A stretch of DNA of 28,667 bases from assembly GCA_051866635.1 (NCBI GenBank), contig JBJDXJ010000053.1:1-28667 (forward strand). The letters run 5' to 3'. Under the pieces are notes generated by a model that searched no databases, was not told where the DNA came from, and saw only the letters and a list, made by a program, of their open reading frames with translations. The stretch's first letter is position 1. Each line of letters starts with the position of its first letter. Below are positions 18,754 through 28,150 of this stretch, one piece after another. Source of the DNA: Clostridia bacterium. GTDB taxonomy: Bacteria > Bacillota > Clostridia > UMGS1883. Made by a program: the position numbers and the translations under genes.

Positions 18754-20139
18754 TTAAATATCCTTCTTCAATATATCCGAAAGGGATGAAATTGTATTAT
18801 TTTTAGTAGCTGTTGTAACAACAACAACGCTGTCGCCCACATCAATAGTATCACTGCCGTTAGGGGTAATCATTTTTCCGTTTTTAACTATACAGCCAAT
18901 AATCACATCATTTCTTAGTTTAAGGTCCATAACGGGAACACCCAGAACCTTACGGTTTGGAGTATCCTTCTGCACCTTTAATTCAAGTGCTTCAGCTTTT
19001 CCTCCCAGGAGCTTGTAAAGTGCTGTAATTTCACTTCTTTGCTCAGAGTCCTTCATAGCCCTTACATATCTTATGATTCTTTCAGCGGTAATGTTTTTGG
19101 AAAATACCGTAGTTCCTATGGGAAGGCCATGAAGGATTTTTTCAAAGGCAATTCTGCTGATTTTCGTAATTATCTTAGCGTTAGAAGTTTCGTTTGCATA
19201 CAGGGAAGTAAGCACATTACCTTCGTCAAGATTTGTTAAAGATACAAAAGCATCTGCTTCACTGATACCCTCTTCTTCAAGTAAACTTTCATCGGAGGCA
19301 TCACCGCAAATAATCATTGCTTTAGGAAGCTTTTCGCTTAATTCCTGACAGCGGTTAAAATCCTTTTCAATAATTTTAACCTGTTGTTTACCGCGAAGGA
19401 GTTTTTCTGCAAGATAATAAGCAATTTTGCCACCGCCTGCTATCATTATGGATTTGGCAGGAGTTATATCAACACCAATTTTTCGCAAAATGGGTCTTGC
19501 TTCATGAAGGGGGAGAATAACAGATATATAGTCACCTGAATAAAGCATCACGTTACCATTTGGAATAATGATTTCGTCACCGTGTTCCACAATGCAGACA
19601 AGTAATTTATCCGATACGTTTGTGTGTATTTCCTGAATCATCATGCCGTTTAAAATGGAATTTGATGGAATTTGAATTCGTATAATCGTAACCCTTCCTT
19701 TAGCAAATGAATCCACCTCCAAGGCAGAAGGGATTTGAATAAGCCTTTCTATTTCATTTGCTACAGTAATGTCAGGGTTTATTGCCATCGCAAGCCCTAA
19801 TTCTTCCTGAATAAACCTGATTTCAGAATAGTATTCAGGGCCACGGACACGGGCAATAGTTTTACAGTTGCCTGCTTTTTTTGCTATAAGACATGACAAA
19901 AGGCTTGTTTCGTCATTGCCTGTTACGGCAATAAGAATGTCAGCAGTTTCAATCCCTGCTTCCATCTGGGACTTATAGCTTGTTCCGCTGCCTACAATAC
20001 CTTGAATATCAAAATTATTTACAGCACGTTCTATAACATCAGCGTTTGTGTCCAATAATGTAATGTTATGTCCTTCGAGACACAGTTGTTCGGCAAGAGT
20101 AATTCCTACCTTGCCTCCACCAACTATTATAATTTTCAC
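18754..20139 (-). CDS. trkA: Trk system potassium uptake regulatory subunit (tandem RCK domains)
   Basis: MKIIIVGGGKVG, second Rossmann motif IAGGGKIA, 461 aa, adjacent to trkH. Confidence 0.95.
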   Translation of the reverse strand: MKIIIVGGGKVGITLAEQLCLEGHNITLLDTNADVIERAVNNFDIQGIVGSGTSYKSQMEAGIETADILIAVTGNDETSLLSCLIAKKAGNCKTIARVRGPEYYSEIRFIQEELGLAMAINPDITVANEIERLIQIPSALEVDSFAKGRVTIIRIQIPSNSILNGMMIQEIHTNVSDKLLVCIVEHGDEIIIPNGNVMLYSGDYISVILPLHEARPILRKIGVDITPAKSIMIAGGGKIAYYLAEKLLRGKQQVKIIEKDFNRCQELSEKLPKAMIICGDASDESLLEEEGISEADAFVSLTNLDEGNVLTSLYANETSNAKIITKISRIAFEKILHGLPIGTTVFSKNITAERIIRYVRAMKDSEQRSEITALYKLLGGKAEALELKVQKDTPNRKVLGVPVMDLKLRNDVIIGCIVKNGKMITPNGSDTIDVGDSVVVVTTATKNNTISSLSDILKKDI

Positions 20140-20169
20140 GCCTTACACACCTTTCTTACGAAAACACGG

Positions 20170-21420
20170 TTACTTTGCATTTCTGTCTATATATACTGAT
20201 TGCAATTTTGAATACACAAATTTCTGTGTTGAATAAAGACTGTAATATCCTGAAATTATGTAACTTACGGCAACAGCTATGGCAAAATATATTAAGCCTT
20301 CCGCCCCGAAAATTTCAATACTTAAAATAATTGAAGCAATCGGTGAGTTTACAACACCGCAGAACAAGGCAATCAGACAAATTGCGGCTACAAATGATGG
20401 ATTAAGTCCGAAAAGTGGTGCTATAAAGATGCCGAAGGTCGAACCGACAAAGAATGTGGGTACAATTTCGCCGCCCTTAAAGCCTGTAGATAATGTGATG
20501 GCAGTAAACAAAAGCTTCAATGCAAAGGCAAAGAAGGGAGCAGTGCCATTTTCAAGTGCAGAAGTGATAACCTCCATACCTGCACCGTTGTAATCATTTG
20601 TTCCCACAAGAAGGGTGAGAATTACTACTACAACACCGCCTGTTGCAACACGTATGTACTTGTTTTTTATATATTTATTGCTATACTTAACTGCGTTGTG
20701 CATTGTAAGTATAAATATAATACTCAATATAGCGGCAAGGGCAGATATTACGACAACCTTTGCCAATACAGTATAGTCCATCTGAGGAATTTCAGCTAAA
20801 GTAAAATGTGTAGCATGAATGTTGAAACGGGAAGCGATATCCTTTGCAACAAGTGCAGAGAGTACACAGGGTAAAAGACCACCATAATGCATAACGCCTA
20901 CAGAGACAACTTCAAGGCTGAAAACTGCGGCAGTAATGGGTGTTCCGAACACCGCACTGAAAAGTGCACTCATACCGCACATTATAAGAATATGAGTATC
21001 TTCGTCCTTTGTTTTGAAAATACCCGAGAAGAAAGAACCTATGCTACCGCCTATCTGAAGTGCGGCACCTTCTCTTCCTGAAGAACCTCCGCAAAGATGG
21101 GTAAGTGTAGTGCCAACAAGAATTAATGGGGCGAGACGAAGGGGGATTTTTTCACCTGAACGTGCCGCCGATATTATTGAATTTGTACCCTTGTCGTTTT
21201 CCATTCCGCAAATCTTATAAAGAAAGACAATTATTAATCCCGCAACAGGAAGCAAAAAAAGAATAAAAGGATAAATTCCTCTTAAATGGGTTGCGGCATC
21301 TACACTGTGATGGAAAACAGAGCCTGCCACACCGCAAACAATGCCTATTATTACAGAATAAAAAATCCACTTTAGAACACAAACAGCATATTCCTTACAT
21401 GATTTTAATACCGATTTCAT
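20170..21420 (-). CDS. ClC-family (EriC-like) anion channel/antiporter without CBS domains
   Basis: GGSSGREGAALQIGG, FGTPITA and GFKGGEIVPTF. ATG at 21420 follows a GAGGTG RBS. Confidence 0.9.
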   Translation of the reverse strand: MKSVLKSCKEYAVCVLKWIFYSVIIGIVCGVAGSVFHHSVDAATHLRGIYPFILFLLPVAGLIIVFLYKICGMENDKGTNSIISAARSGEKIPLRLAPLILVGTTLTHLCGGSSGREGAALQIGGSIGSFFSGIFKTKDEDTHILIMCGMSALFSAVFGTPITAAVFSLEVVSVGVMHYGGLLPCVLSALVAKDIASRFNIHATHFTLAEIPQMDYTVLAKVVVISALAAILSIIFILTMHNAVKYSNKYIKNKYIRVATGGVVVVILTLLVGTNDYNGAGMEVITSALENGTAPFFAFALKLLFTAITLSTGFKGGEIVPTFFVGSTFGIFIAPLFGLNPSFVAAICLIALFCGVVNSPIASIILSIEIFGAEGLIYFAIAVAVSYIISGYYSLYSTQKFVYSKLQSVYIDRNAK

Positions 21421-21518
21421 TATAAACACCTCTTTTGCTCATACACAGTCACTTTATCACAAACCACTCTTTATGTAAAGAATAATTTTACATTAATATA
21501 AAACAATCTGAGTATTTC

Positions 21519-21547
21519 TTGACTTTTTCCTCATTTTTTTGTATAAT
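21519..21547 (+). promoter_or_regulatory. Sigma-A promoter of the lipoprotein-regulator-kinase-LRR cluster
   Basis: TTGACT (21519-21524), N17, TATAAT (21542-21547). Confidence 0.75.
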
Positions 21548-21584
21548 GAGGGTGTTGATTTTTACATAGAAGGTGGAGAAATTC

Positions 21585-22271
21585 ATGAAAAAAATTATTT
21601 CGATTGCCGCAAGCTTTTTTGTATTGTTTTCATTTTCAGCATGTTCAAAGACAGAAGACAATGATGTAGCTTTACAGGAAGAAGCATATTCTGAAGAAAC
21701 TACAGAAGAAATTGTTTTGAGAAATATTGAGCTTGAAAGTGCTGAAGGACAGGCAGTAAGCAAGGCCGCGGCAGAGTTTCTTGACACTTTTATATCGTGT
21801 GATATAGATAAAATCAAAAAGTCACTTTGTGAAGAAGATTTGCAGTATTTTAATTTCGATTCTGAAGACCAGATTGAAATTTATAATCTTATTTTCCCTA
21901 AGCTTAAGTATGAATTTCATTATGTGTCTGAACACAAAGGCACTTATGGTGTTATGACAACGATAACATCGCCTGATATGGCAGATGTCTACGGAACTTT
22001 AATAACAGAACGTATAGACAGAAATATAGACGGAAGTGACAGTCAGAATGACAGGGAATGGAACAACAAAAGAATGCGTGAAATTCTGTCAAATCCCGAT
22101 ATATCTGAAAGGGTAGAAACGCTTTACGTATACGTGGAGTATATTGACGGTGAATATGTCCCCAGATGCGATATATACCTTGCAAATGAACTTATCGGCG
22201 GAGCGGCGGAAATAATGAGCGAGATTTCATCAACACTTAACGAAACAATTTCCGCACTTGGTAATGAATAA
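21585..22271 (+). CDS. Acidic lipoprotein of unknown function
   Basis: MKKIISIAASFFVLFSFSAC lipobox, GGTGGAG RBS before ATG 21585, Glu-rich linker followed by an alpha/beta domain I could not assign. Confidence 0.75.
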   Translation: MKKIISIAASFFVLFSFSACSKTEDNDVALQEEAYSEETTEEIVLRNIELESAEGQAVSKAAAEFLDTFISCDIDKIKKSLCEEDLQYFNFDSEDQIEIYNLIFPKLKYEFHYVSEHKGTYGVMTTITSPDMADVYGTLITERIDRNIDGSDSQNDREWNNKRMREILSNPDISERVETLYVYVEYIDGEYVPRCDIYLANELIGGAAEIMSEISSTLNETISALGNE

Positions 22272-22280
22272 GGTGGTTTT

Positions 22281-22970
22281 ATGAAAAATTCTGTGACAAA
22301 GGCAAAAATTTTAGTAGCTGATGACGAATATAAAATGCGTCGGTTGGTGAAGGATTTCCTTGAGGTAAACGGATATAGTGTTATAGAAGCCTCTGACGGG
22401 GAGGAAGCACTTAATATTTTTTATTCAAACAAAGATATAGATTTGATTATTTTAGACGTTATGATGCCCAAAATAAGCGGTTTTGATGTTCTTTTGGAAA
22501 TTCGTTCCACGTCTCGTATTCCCATTATAATGCTTACAGCAAGGTCACAGGAATGTGACGAAATTATGGGTCATGATATAGGTGCAGACCAGTATATAAC
22601 GAAACCCTTCAGTCCCAAGATTCTTGTTGCAAGGGTGGAAGCACTGTTAAGACGCACTATGACACAAAGCAGTGACAGATTTCAGATAGGCGATATAACT
22701 ATTGACAAAAGTGCACACCTTGTATTGGTGAAAAATGAGGAAGTTTATCTTAGTGTAAAAGAGTTTGACTTGCTTACATATCTGGTGGAGAATAACGGAA
22801 TTACACTTTCAAGGGAAAAAATTCTTGACAATGTGTGGAATTATGACTATTTCGGAGATGCCAGGACAATTGATACTCATATAACAAAGCTCAGAAAGAA
22901 GCTGGGCGTGTGTGGGTCTTATCTTACAACAGTCCGTGGTATAGGGTATAAATTAGAGGTGGTGAGATGA
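22281..22970 (+). CDS. OmpR/PhoB-family response regulator
   Basis: Motifs ILVADDE, LDVMMP, GADQYITKPF, RTIDTHITKLRKKL and TVRGIGY. Confidence 0.95.
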   Translation: MKNSVTKAKILVADDEYKMRRLVKDFLEVNGYSVIEASDGEEALNIFYSNKDIDLIILDVMMPKISGFDVLLEIRSTSRIPIIMLTARSQECDEIMGHDIGADQYITKPFSPKILVARVEALLRRTMTQSSDRFQIGDITIDKSAHLVLVKNEEVYLSVKEFDLLTYLVENNGITLSREKILDNVWNYDYFGDARTIDTHITKLRKKLGVCGSYLTTVRGIGYKLEVVR

Positions 22971-24604
22971 TAAGAAAATCTCTTACCGGAAAGCTTATAG
23001 TAGTTTTTTCAGCCATTTTGATTGCTGTCGTGTTTCTTAACATAATTATCAACGCATTTTTGCTTTCAAAAGTTTACCGTGACACTAAAATCAACGCAAT
23101 GGAGCGTTTGTTTGAAGCGATATATACCCAATATGAAAACAATTCAGATAATTGGGCTGTTATTGATACTGTTAAAGATACGCTAAGTAGCGAAAACCTT
23201 AGGGTGTTTATCTGGGACAAAGACGATAATTTGATAATTGATTCCTTGCCTTTGTCTTCAAAATCTGAAAATGACGCTTCTAAAGAGCCGCAAACAGTGA
23301 TATCACCGACAGAAACCAATGATTTTTCGCCCCGTTTTCCTAACAAGAATGACCGCTTTAAAAATTTCGGAAGAATGGAGGCATCGGTGTTTTACAGCGA
23401 TGTTGACGAAGAACGCTTTATTTCAAAAAATGATAAATATGAAATTTTTTCAATGAAAAATTTCTCGTCAAATTCCGAAGATGAAAATTTCTTTTTACGG
23501 GCATATCTTCCGGGGGATTTTAGAATTTTAATACAGATGCCCATTGCTTCACTGGACGAAGCCGCCGCAATTTCAAATGAATTACTTTTGTTCGTGGGTG
23601 TTGCTATGCTCTTTGTGGGTATTGTGATCGTTTCAATTACATCAAGAAATATCGCAAAGCCTGTAAAAGAGTTATCTGAAATTGCTCTTTCAATGCAAAA
23701 TCTTGACTTTTCAAGGAAGTATACATATCATAGGGCTGACGAAATCGGTTCCTTGGGAAACAGTATAAATGCTTTAAGTGACAAGCTTGAATCTACAATA
23801 CAAGAGCTGTATGCTAAAAATGAGGAACTTAGACAAGATAATGAATTAAAAAGCCGTATAGATGTAATGCGACAGGAGTTTATCGCGAATGCATCCCATG
23901 AACTTAAAACACCTGTTTCCTTAATTTCCGGCTATGCGGAAGGTTTAAGGGACAATGTTGCATCGGATGAAGAGTCAAGAATAATGTATGCAGATGTGAT
24001 TATCGAAGAAACTGAAAGATTGAATCACATAATACATCAGATGTTAGATCTTATGGAAATTGACGGTGCTGAAGAAATACTTCACGGAAGGAAAGTTTCT
24101 GTAAGCGATTTAACTGAAGAGGCAATGGAATCGTTAAGTGTTTTCATAAAAAACAAAGATATTAAGCTTGATTTTCAATTTGATGATGACTCTGTAGCTT
24201 ATGGCGACAGCTGGCAATTATATCAGGCTGTGACAAACTATCTTTCAAACGCAATAAATCATGTTGATGACAAAAAAATAATCCGTATCAGGGTCGAAAA
24301 CATTGGAAATCGCATCAGATTTCGCATTTTTAACAGTGGTGCAAATCTTTCCCAAGAAGATATGGAAAACATATGGGAAAGATTCTACAAGGTTGACAAG
24401 GCACATACACGTGAATATGGTGGCACCGGTTTAGGTCTTGCCATTGTTAAATCAATCATTCAATTACACAAAGGGGAATATGGCGTTTCAAACTGTCCCG
24501 ACGGTGTTGAATTTTATTTTATTTTAAACAAGTCAGATGTTGATGTATCAAAAGATGAGTTAAATGAGGAAATATCACAGAAGGAGAATTTGGATGAAAA
24601 TTAA
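22967..24604 (+). CDS. Membrane sensor histidine kinase (2 TM, HAMP, HisKA, HATPase_c)
   Basis: FIANASHELKTP, NYLSNAINH, IWERFYKVD and GGTGLGL. ATGA overlap with the regulator gene. Confidence 0.95.
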   Translation: MIRKSLTGKLIVVFSAILIAVVFLNIIINAFLLSKVYRDTKINAMERLFEAIYTQYENNSDNWAVIDTVKDTLSSENLRVFIWDKDDNLIIDSLPLSSKSENDASKEPQTVISPTETNDFSPRFPNKNDRFKNFGRMEASVFYSDVDEERFISKNDKYEIFSMKNFSSNSEDENFFLRAYLPGDFRILIQMPIASLDEAAAISNELLLFVGVAMLFVGIVIVSITSRNIAKPVKELSEIALSMQNLDFSRKYTYHRADEIGSLGNSINALSDKLESTIQELYAKNEELRQDNELKSRIDVMRQEFIANASHELKTPVSLISGYAEGLRDNVASDEESRIMYADVIIEETERLNHIIHQMLDLMEIDGAEEILHGRKVSVSDLTEEAMESLSVFIKNKDIKLDFQFDDDSVAYGDSWQLYQAVTNYLSNAINHVDDKKIIRIRVENIGNRIRFRIFNSGANLSQEDMENIWERFYKVDKAHTREYGGTGLGLAIVKSIIQLHKGEYGVSNCPDGVEFYFILNKSDVDVSKDELNEEISQKENLDEN

Positions 24605-25295
24605 AAACTTTGCAATAATTATATTTATGTTTGTTTTTGCTTTGACTGCACAGATTTCAGTTAAGGCTGTTGACTTCAACTTTTTTGTAAATGCTGAGGG
24701 TGTAGCGGAAATTCCTGAATATATAAACGGTGTTCCTGTGACTGAAATTCCGGAAAAAGCTTTTTACGGAAATGAAAACATTAAGAAAGTTTTATTGCCT
24801 CAAAGCATTACACAAATAGGCAATTACGCATTTTATAAATGTATAAACCTTACTGAAGTTGTTTTTTCGGAAAATATATCTGTAATAGGCAGTAATGCTT
24901 TTGGAAAATGTTCTTCCTTGTCAAGTATTGTTATGCCTGAAAAACTTCAGAATGTATGCGAATTTGCATTTATGAATTGCACTTCCTTAACAAGTGTGAA
25001 ATTCAAAGAAAACGCCAATTCAATTGGGTTTGCGGCATTTTCAAATTGTACTTCCTTAAAAGAGATTGTCTTTGCTTCCTCAATAACAAATATTGCGGCA
25101 TCTGCTTTTGCAGGTTGTTCTTCATTGGAAAGTGTCAATTTGCCGCAAAACTTAATAAGAGTGAATGAAGATGCATTTTCAAATTGTCCTAATTTAAAAA
25201 CAGTAACTGTTCCAAATGAAAATACAACAGTAAGTTCAAGGGCTTTCCGTCAATCCTTACTTGTTAATGTAATTGTTACAATTTCCCTGAAATGA
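24594..25295 (+). CDS. Secreted BspA-type leucine-rich repeat (LRR_5) protein
   Basis: Signal peptide, IPEYINGVPVTEI cap and seven 23-aa repeats AFxxCxxLxxVxxPxxxxxIxxx. AAGGAG RBS before ATG 24594. Confidence 0.9.
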   Translation: MKIKNFAIIIFMFVFALTAQISVKAVDFNFFVNAEGVAEIPEYINGVPVTEIPEKAFYGNENIKKVLLPQSITQIGNYAFYKCINLTEVVFSENISVIGSNAFGKCSSLSSIVMPEKLQNVCEFAFMNCTSLTSVKFKENANSIGFAAFSNCTSLKEIVFASSITNIAASAFAGCSSLESVNLPQNLIRVNEDAFSNCPNLKTVTVPNENTTVSSRAFRQSLLVNVIVTISLK

Positions 25296-25331
25296 GAAAA
25301 ATTATTTCTTTCACATAACAATATTTTATTT

Positions 25332-25368
25332 AAAAGCCAATTGGGTAAAAAGCCCGATTGGCTTTTTT
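25332..25368 (+). terminator. Intrinsic terminator after the LRR gene
   Basis: AAAAGCCAATTGGGT / GCCCGATTGGCTTTT stem ending in a T6 tract. Confidence 0.8.
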
Positions 25369-25378
25369 GCACTCTTTT

Positions 25379-25407
25379 GAATAAATTTATAGAAACGGGA
25401 AAATATA
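25379..25407 (+). promoter_or_regulatory. Possible forespore (sigma-G/sigma-F type) promoter of the ger operon
   Basis: GAATA (25379-25383), N17, AAATATA preceded by GGGA. Partial match only, supported by context between a terminator and a germinant receptor operon. Confidence 0.3.
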
Positions 25408-25433
25408 AAGCATATAAGTTTAGGGGTGTAACA

Positions 25434-27053
25434 ATGGGTATTAATGTTCCTTTCTTTTATAAGCCTAAAGATAGTGAATCGTTTATTTTGGGCGAAAATG
25501 AACATGGGGAAGAGGGCTGTGATTTTCAACAGGATGAAGGCGGACCAAAGTTAAGCGGATATTACTTTATAGACAAAAACAATCTGTCAACGGAATTTGG
25601 TTTAGAGCAAAGCAGTGATGTTAAGGTCAGGGAGTTCACTGTTGCAATAAATGGTGAATCAAAAGATGCTTGTGTATTTTATATTGACGGCTTAACAGAT
25701 AAGAGTTTGCTTAATGACTTTATTCTAAAGCCCCTTATGATTACATCAAGGCAGATTTTTATAAAAAAAGCTGATGATATCTGCGACATACTGTTGCCAC
25801 AGGCAGAATTTACTTTGGAAGAATATTACGGAAAAATATCATATGCATTGAATTACGGAAGTGCTGTAGTTTTAGTAAACGGAATGAAAAAAGCTGCAGT
25901 GATTGATATAAAAGGCTGGGACGCCAAGCCGGTGGGGGAGGCACAGAGTGAAAAAGTCATTCGTGGTCCAAACGATGCCTTTAATGAACAGTTGCGTTCA
26001 AACACAGCACTTGTAAGACGACTTATAAGAAATAGAAGTCTTGTATCCGAAGAATTTAACTTAGGCAAAGTAAGTCAGACACCTTGTTCGGTTATTTATA
26101 TGAAAAACATTGCAGATGACAAGCTGGTTAAAGAAGTTAAAAGAAGAATAAAGAATATCGATGTTGACTACATTATGTCAAGTGCGGAGCTTGAAATGTA
26201 TATGGAGGAAAGAACTTACTCTCCCATACCTCAGTTTCTTTCAACGGAACGACCGGACAGAACGGCAAAAGCTATACTTGACGGAAAAGTTGCAATTATT
26301 GTAGACGGATCTCCTTATGCACTTTTAATGCCTGTAACATTTTACGAATTAAATGAATCTACAGAAGATACGTATCTGAGAGTTCCCTATGCCAACATGA
26401 TGAGGATAGTTAAAATTGTTGCTTTCTTCTGTTCGATGCTGCTTCCGGGGCTTTATATAGCTATAATGAATTTTCACAATGAGCTTATTCCAACCAATCT
26501 TTTAATTGCCATTATTGCGGCAAAGGAATCTGTACCCTTTCCTGCATTTTTTGAGCTTGTTTTCATGGAAATAGCACTTGAAATTATAAGAGAGGCAAGT
26601 ATAAGAGTGCCCAATCCGTCAGGTTCAACATTAAGTATAGTAGGTGCACTTATTTTGGGGCAAGCTGTAGTTGAAGCAAGCCTGGTAAGCCCTGTTGTAA
26701 TAATAATTGTATCTTTTGCCGCTATTGGCTCTTTTGCCACACCTAACTACTACCTTGGTTTAAGTGCAAGAGTTATGAAATTTATTTATGTTTTTCTTGG
26801 TGGCTTTGCGGGACTTTTAGGGATTTCGGCGGGATTATTTATACATGGCTTATTGTGGGTTCACACATATTCTATGGGGGTTCCCATGTTTGCACCCTTT
26901 GCCCCAAGAATGAAAACCGAAAGATTCTTTGGTGTATTTTTACAGCCCATTTGGAAAAGAGAAAGAAGAAGTGACTTTCAAAATCCAAAAAGAACATTTA
27001 AAGAAGCTAAAATATCCCGAAAATGGAAGTATAACCGACAAAAGAAGGAGTAA
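25434..27053 (+). CDS. Spore germination receptor A subunit (GerA/GerKA family)
   Basis: FYIDGL, EKVIRGPNDAFNE, TERPD, IVDGSP, VPFP, EIIREASIRVP and IVGALILGQAVVEA. ATG 25434 follows AGGGGTG. Confidence 0.93.
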   Translation: MGINVPFFYKPKDSESFILGENEHGEEGCDFQQDEGGPKLSGYYFIDKNNLSTEFGLEQSSDVKVREFTVAINGESKDACVFYIDGLTDKSLLNDFILKPLMITSRQIFIKKADDICDILLPQAEFTLEEYYGKISYALNYGSAVVLVNGMKKAAVIDIKGWDAKPVGEAQSEKVIRGPNDAFNEQLRSNTALVRRLIRNRSLVSEEFNLGKVSQTPCSVIYMKNIADDKLVKEVKRRIKNIDVDYIMSSAELEMYMEERTYSPIPQFLSTERPDRTAKAILDGKVAIIVDGSPYALLMPVTFYELNESTEDTYLRVPYANMMRIVKIVAFFCSMLLPGLYIAIMNFHNELIPTNLLIAIIAAKESVPFPAFFELVFMEIALEIIREASIRVPNPSGSTLSIVGALILGQAVVEASLVSPVVIIIVSFAAIGSFATPNYYLGLSARVMKFIYVFLGGFAGLLGISAGLFIHGLLWVHTYSMGVPMFAPFAPRMKTERFFGVFLQPIWKRERRSDFQNPKRTFKEAKISRKWKYNRQKKE

Positions 27054-27057
27054 TTTT

Positions 27058-28143
27058 ATGGAACAAGATAAAAATTTAGGTTCATACGGAATCGTAACCT
27101 TAATTACAACATTAATAATTACAAAAGTTTTTGTTTCAGCTCCTACTTTATATGTGGGACATTCAAAAAGTGCCGGATGGATAGAGGTATTAATAAGCGG
27201 ACTTTTTGAGATATTTCTGCTTTTTATTGTCCTACGACTCATGTCAAATTTCGGAAACATGGATATAATAGATATTTCGGAATACTCATTCGGAAAAACG
27301 GGCAAGTTTATTGTAGGGCTGACAAGTTCGATAGTTTTAATCATAAGTTCAGCCGCAGTTTTTCGTTCTTTTGAAGAATTGGTGAGAAATACTGTAATTA
27401 AGGGAATTTCGTACGAAAGTGCAGGATTATTCATTTTTGCCGGGGGATTGGTAGGTGCATATTTAGGCATAAGGACACAGGTTCAATTAAACGGATTAAT
27501 ATTACCGCTCGTTATTATAAGCGTTCTTTTAACTTTAGGCATAAACTTTTCAAGACTGTTTATAACAAATATACAGCCCTTTTTAGGAACAGGAATATCA
27601 GATGTTGTTTCAAACGCCATTTTAAAGAACGGGTCTTATTTTGAATTGGGAATAATTCTCTTTCTTATCCCTTATATGGGCAATAAAAATGCTGTAAAGA
27701 AAAATAGCTTGACAGCACTGTTAATTTCTGTAGCAGTATTAAGTACAATCACTTTACTCTACCAATTAGCAGTTCCCTATGAAGCCGCAGAAACTTTTGC
27801 AATACCCTTATACCAAATGACACGAATGTTAAAAGCCGGAACGTTTTTTCAAAGAATAGAGCCCTTGAATATTTTTATATGGTGCGGAACTATGTTTCTA
27901 TACGTGGGGATAGGCATAAGTCTTACGGCACAGGTGTTAAAAAAGACCTTTTCTTTAAAAGACGAAAGGCCATTGGTTTTTGTGCTTGCCCTTATTATAT
28001 ATTCACTTGCTCTTATACCGGGTTCTGAAACAAACACCGAAAAAATTTATGATTTTATCATCACATATAGCTACATTGCGTACCCAATATTGCCTGTATT
28101 ATTCTTATCTTTGGCAACATTATGCAAAAAAACAAAGGAGTAA
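27058..28143 (+). CDS. Spore germination receptor B subunit (GerAB/GerKB, APC-fold permease)
   Basis: About 10 hydrophobic segments, FGKTGK, NIQPFL and FFQRIEPL. AAGGAG RBS before ATG 27058. Confidence 0.88.
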   Translation: MEQDKNLGSYGIVTLITTLIITKVFVSAPTLYVGHSKSAGWIEVLISGLFEIFLLFIVLRLMSNFGNMDIIDISEYSFGKTGKFIVGLTSSIVLIISSAAVFRSFEELVRNTVIKGISYESAGLFIFAGGLVGAYLGIRTQVQLNGLILPLVIISVLLTLGINFSRLFITNIQPFLGTGISDVVSNAILKNGSYFELGIILFLIPYMGNKNAVKKNSLTALLISVAVLSTITLLYQLAVPYEAAETFAIPLYQMTRMLKAGTFFQRIEPLNIFIWCGTMFLYVGIGISLTAQVLKKTFSLKDERPLVFVLALIIYSLALIPGSETNTEKIYDFIITYSYIAYPILPVLFLSLATLCKKTKE

Positions 28144-28150
28144 AGGCATC

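Noticed and set aside
21421-21570. Fluoride or c-di-AMP riboswitch upstream of clc-trkA-trkH
   Set aside because: I found neither the conserved motifs nor the stems on the minus strand.
24700-25250. 69-bp periodicity as a CRISPR or DNA repeat array
   Set aside because: It reflects degenerate protein-level LRR repeats, with no identical repeats separated by unique spacers.
7328-27057. Longer starts in the ORF track (7328, 13144, 21429, 21573, 24564, 25341, 26929)
   Set aside because: Downstream starts have better RBSs and match family N-termini or signal peptides. The extensions overlap neighbouring genes, RBSs, promoters or terminators.
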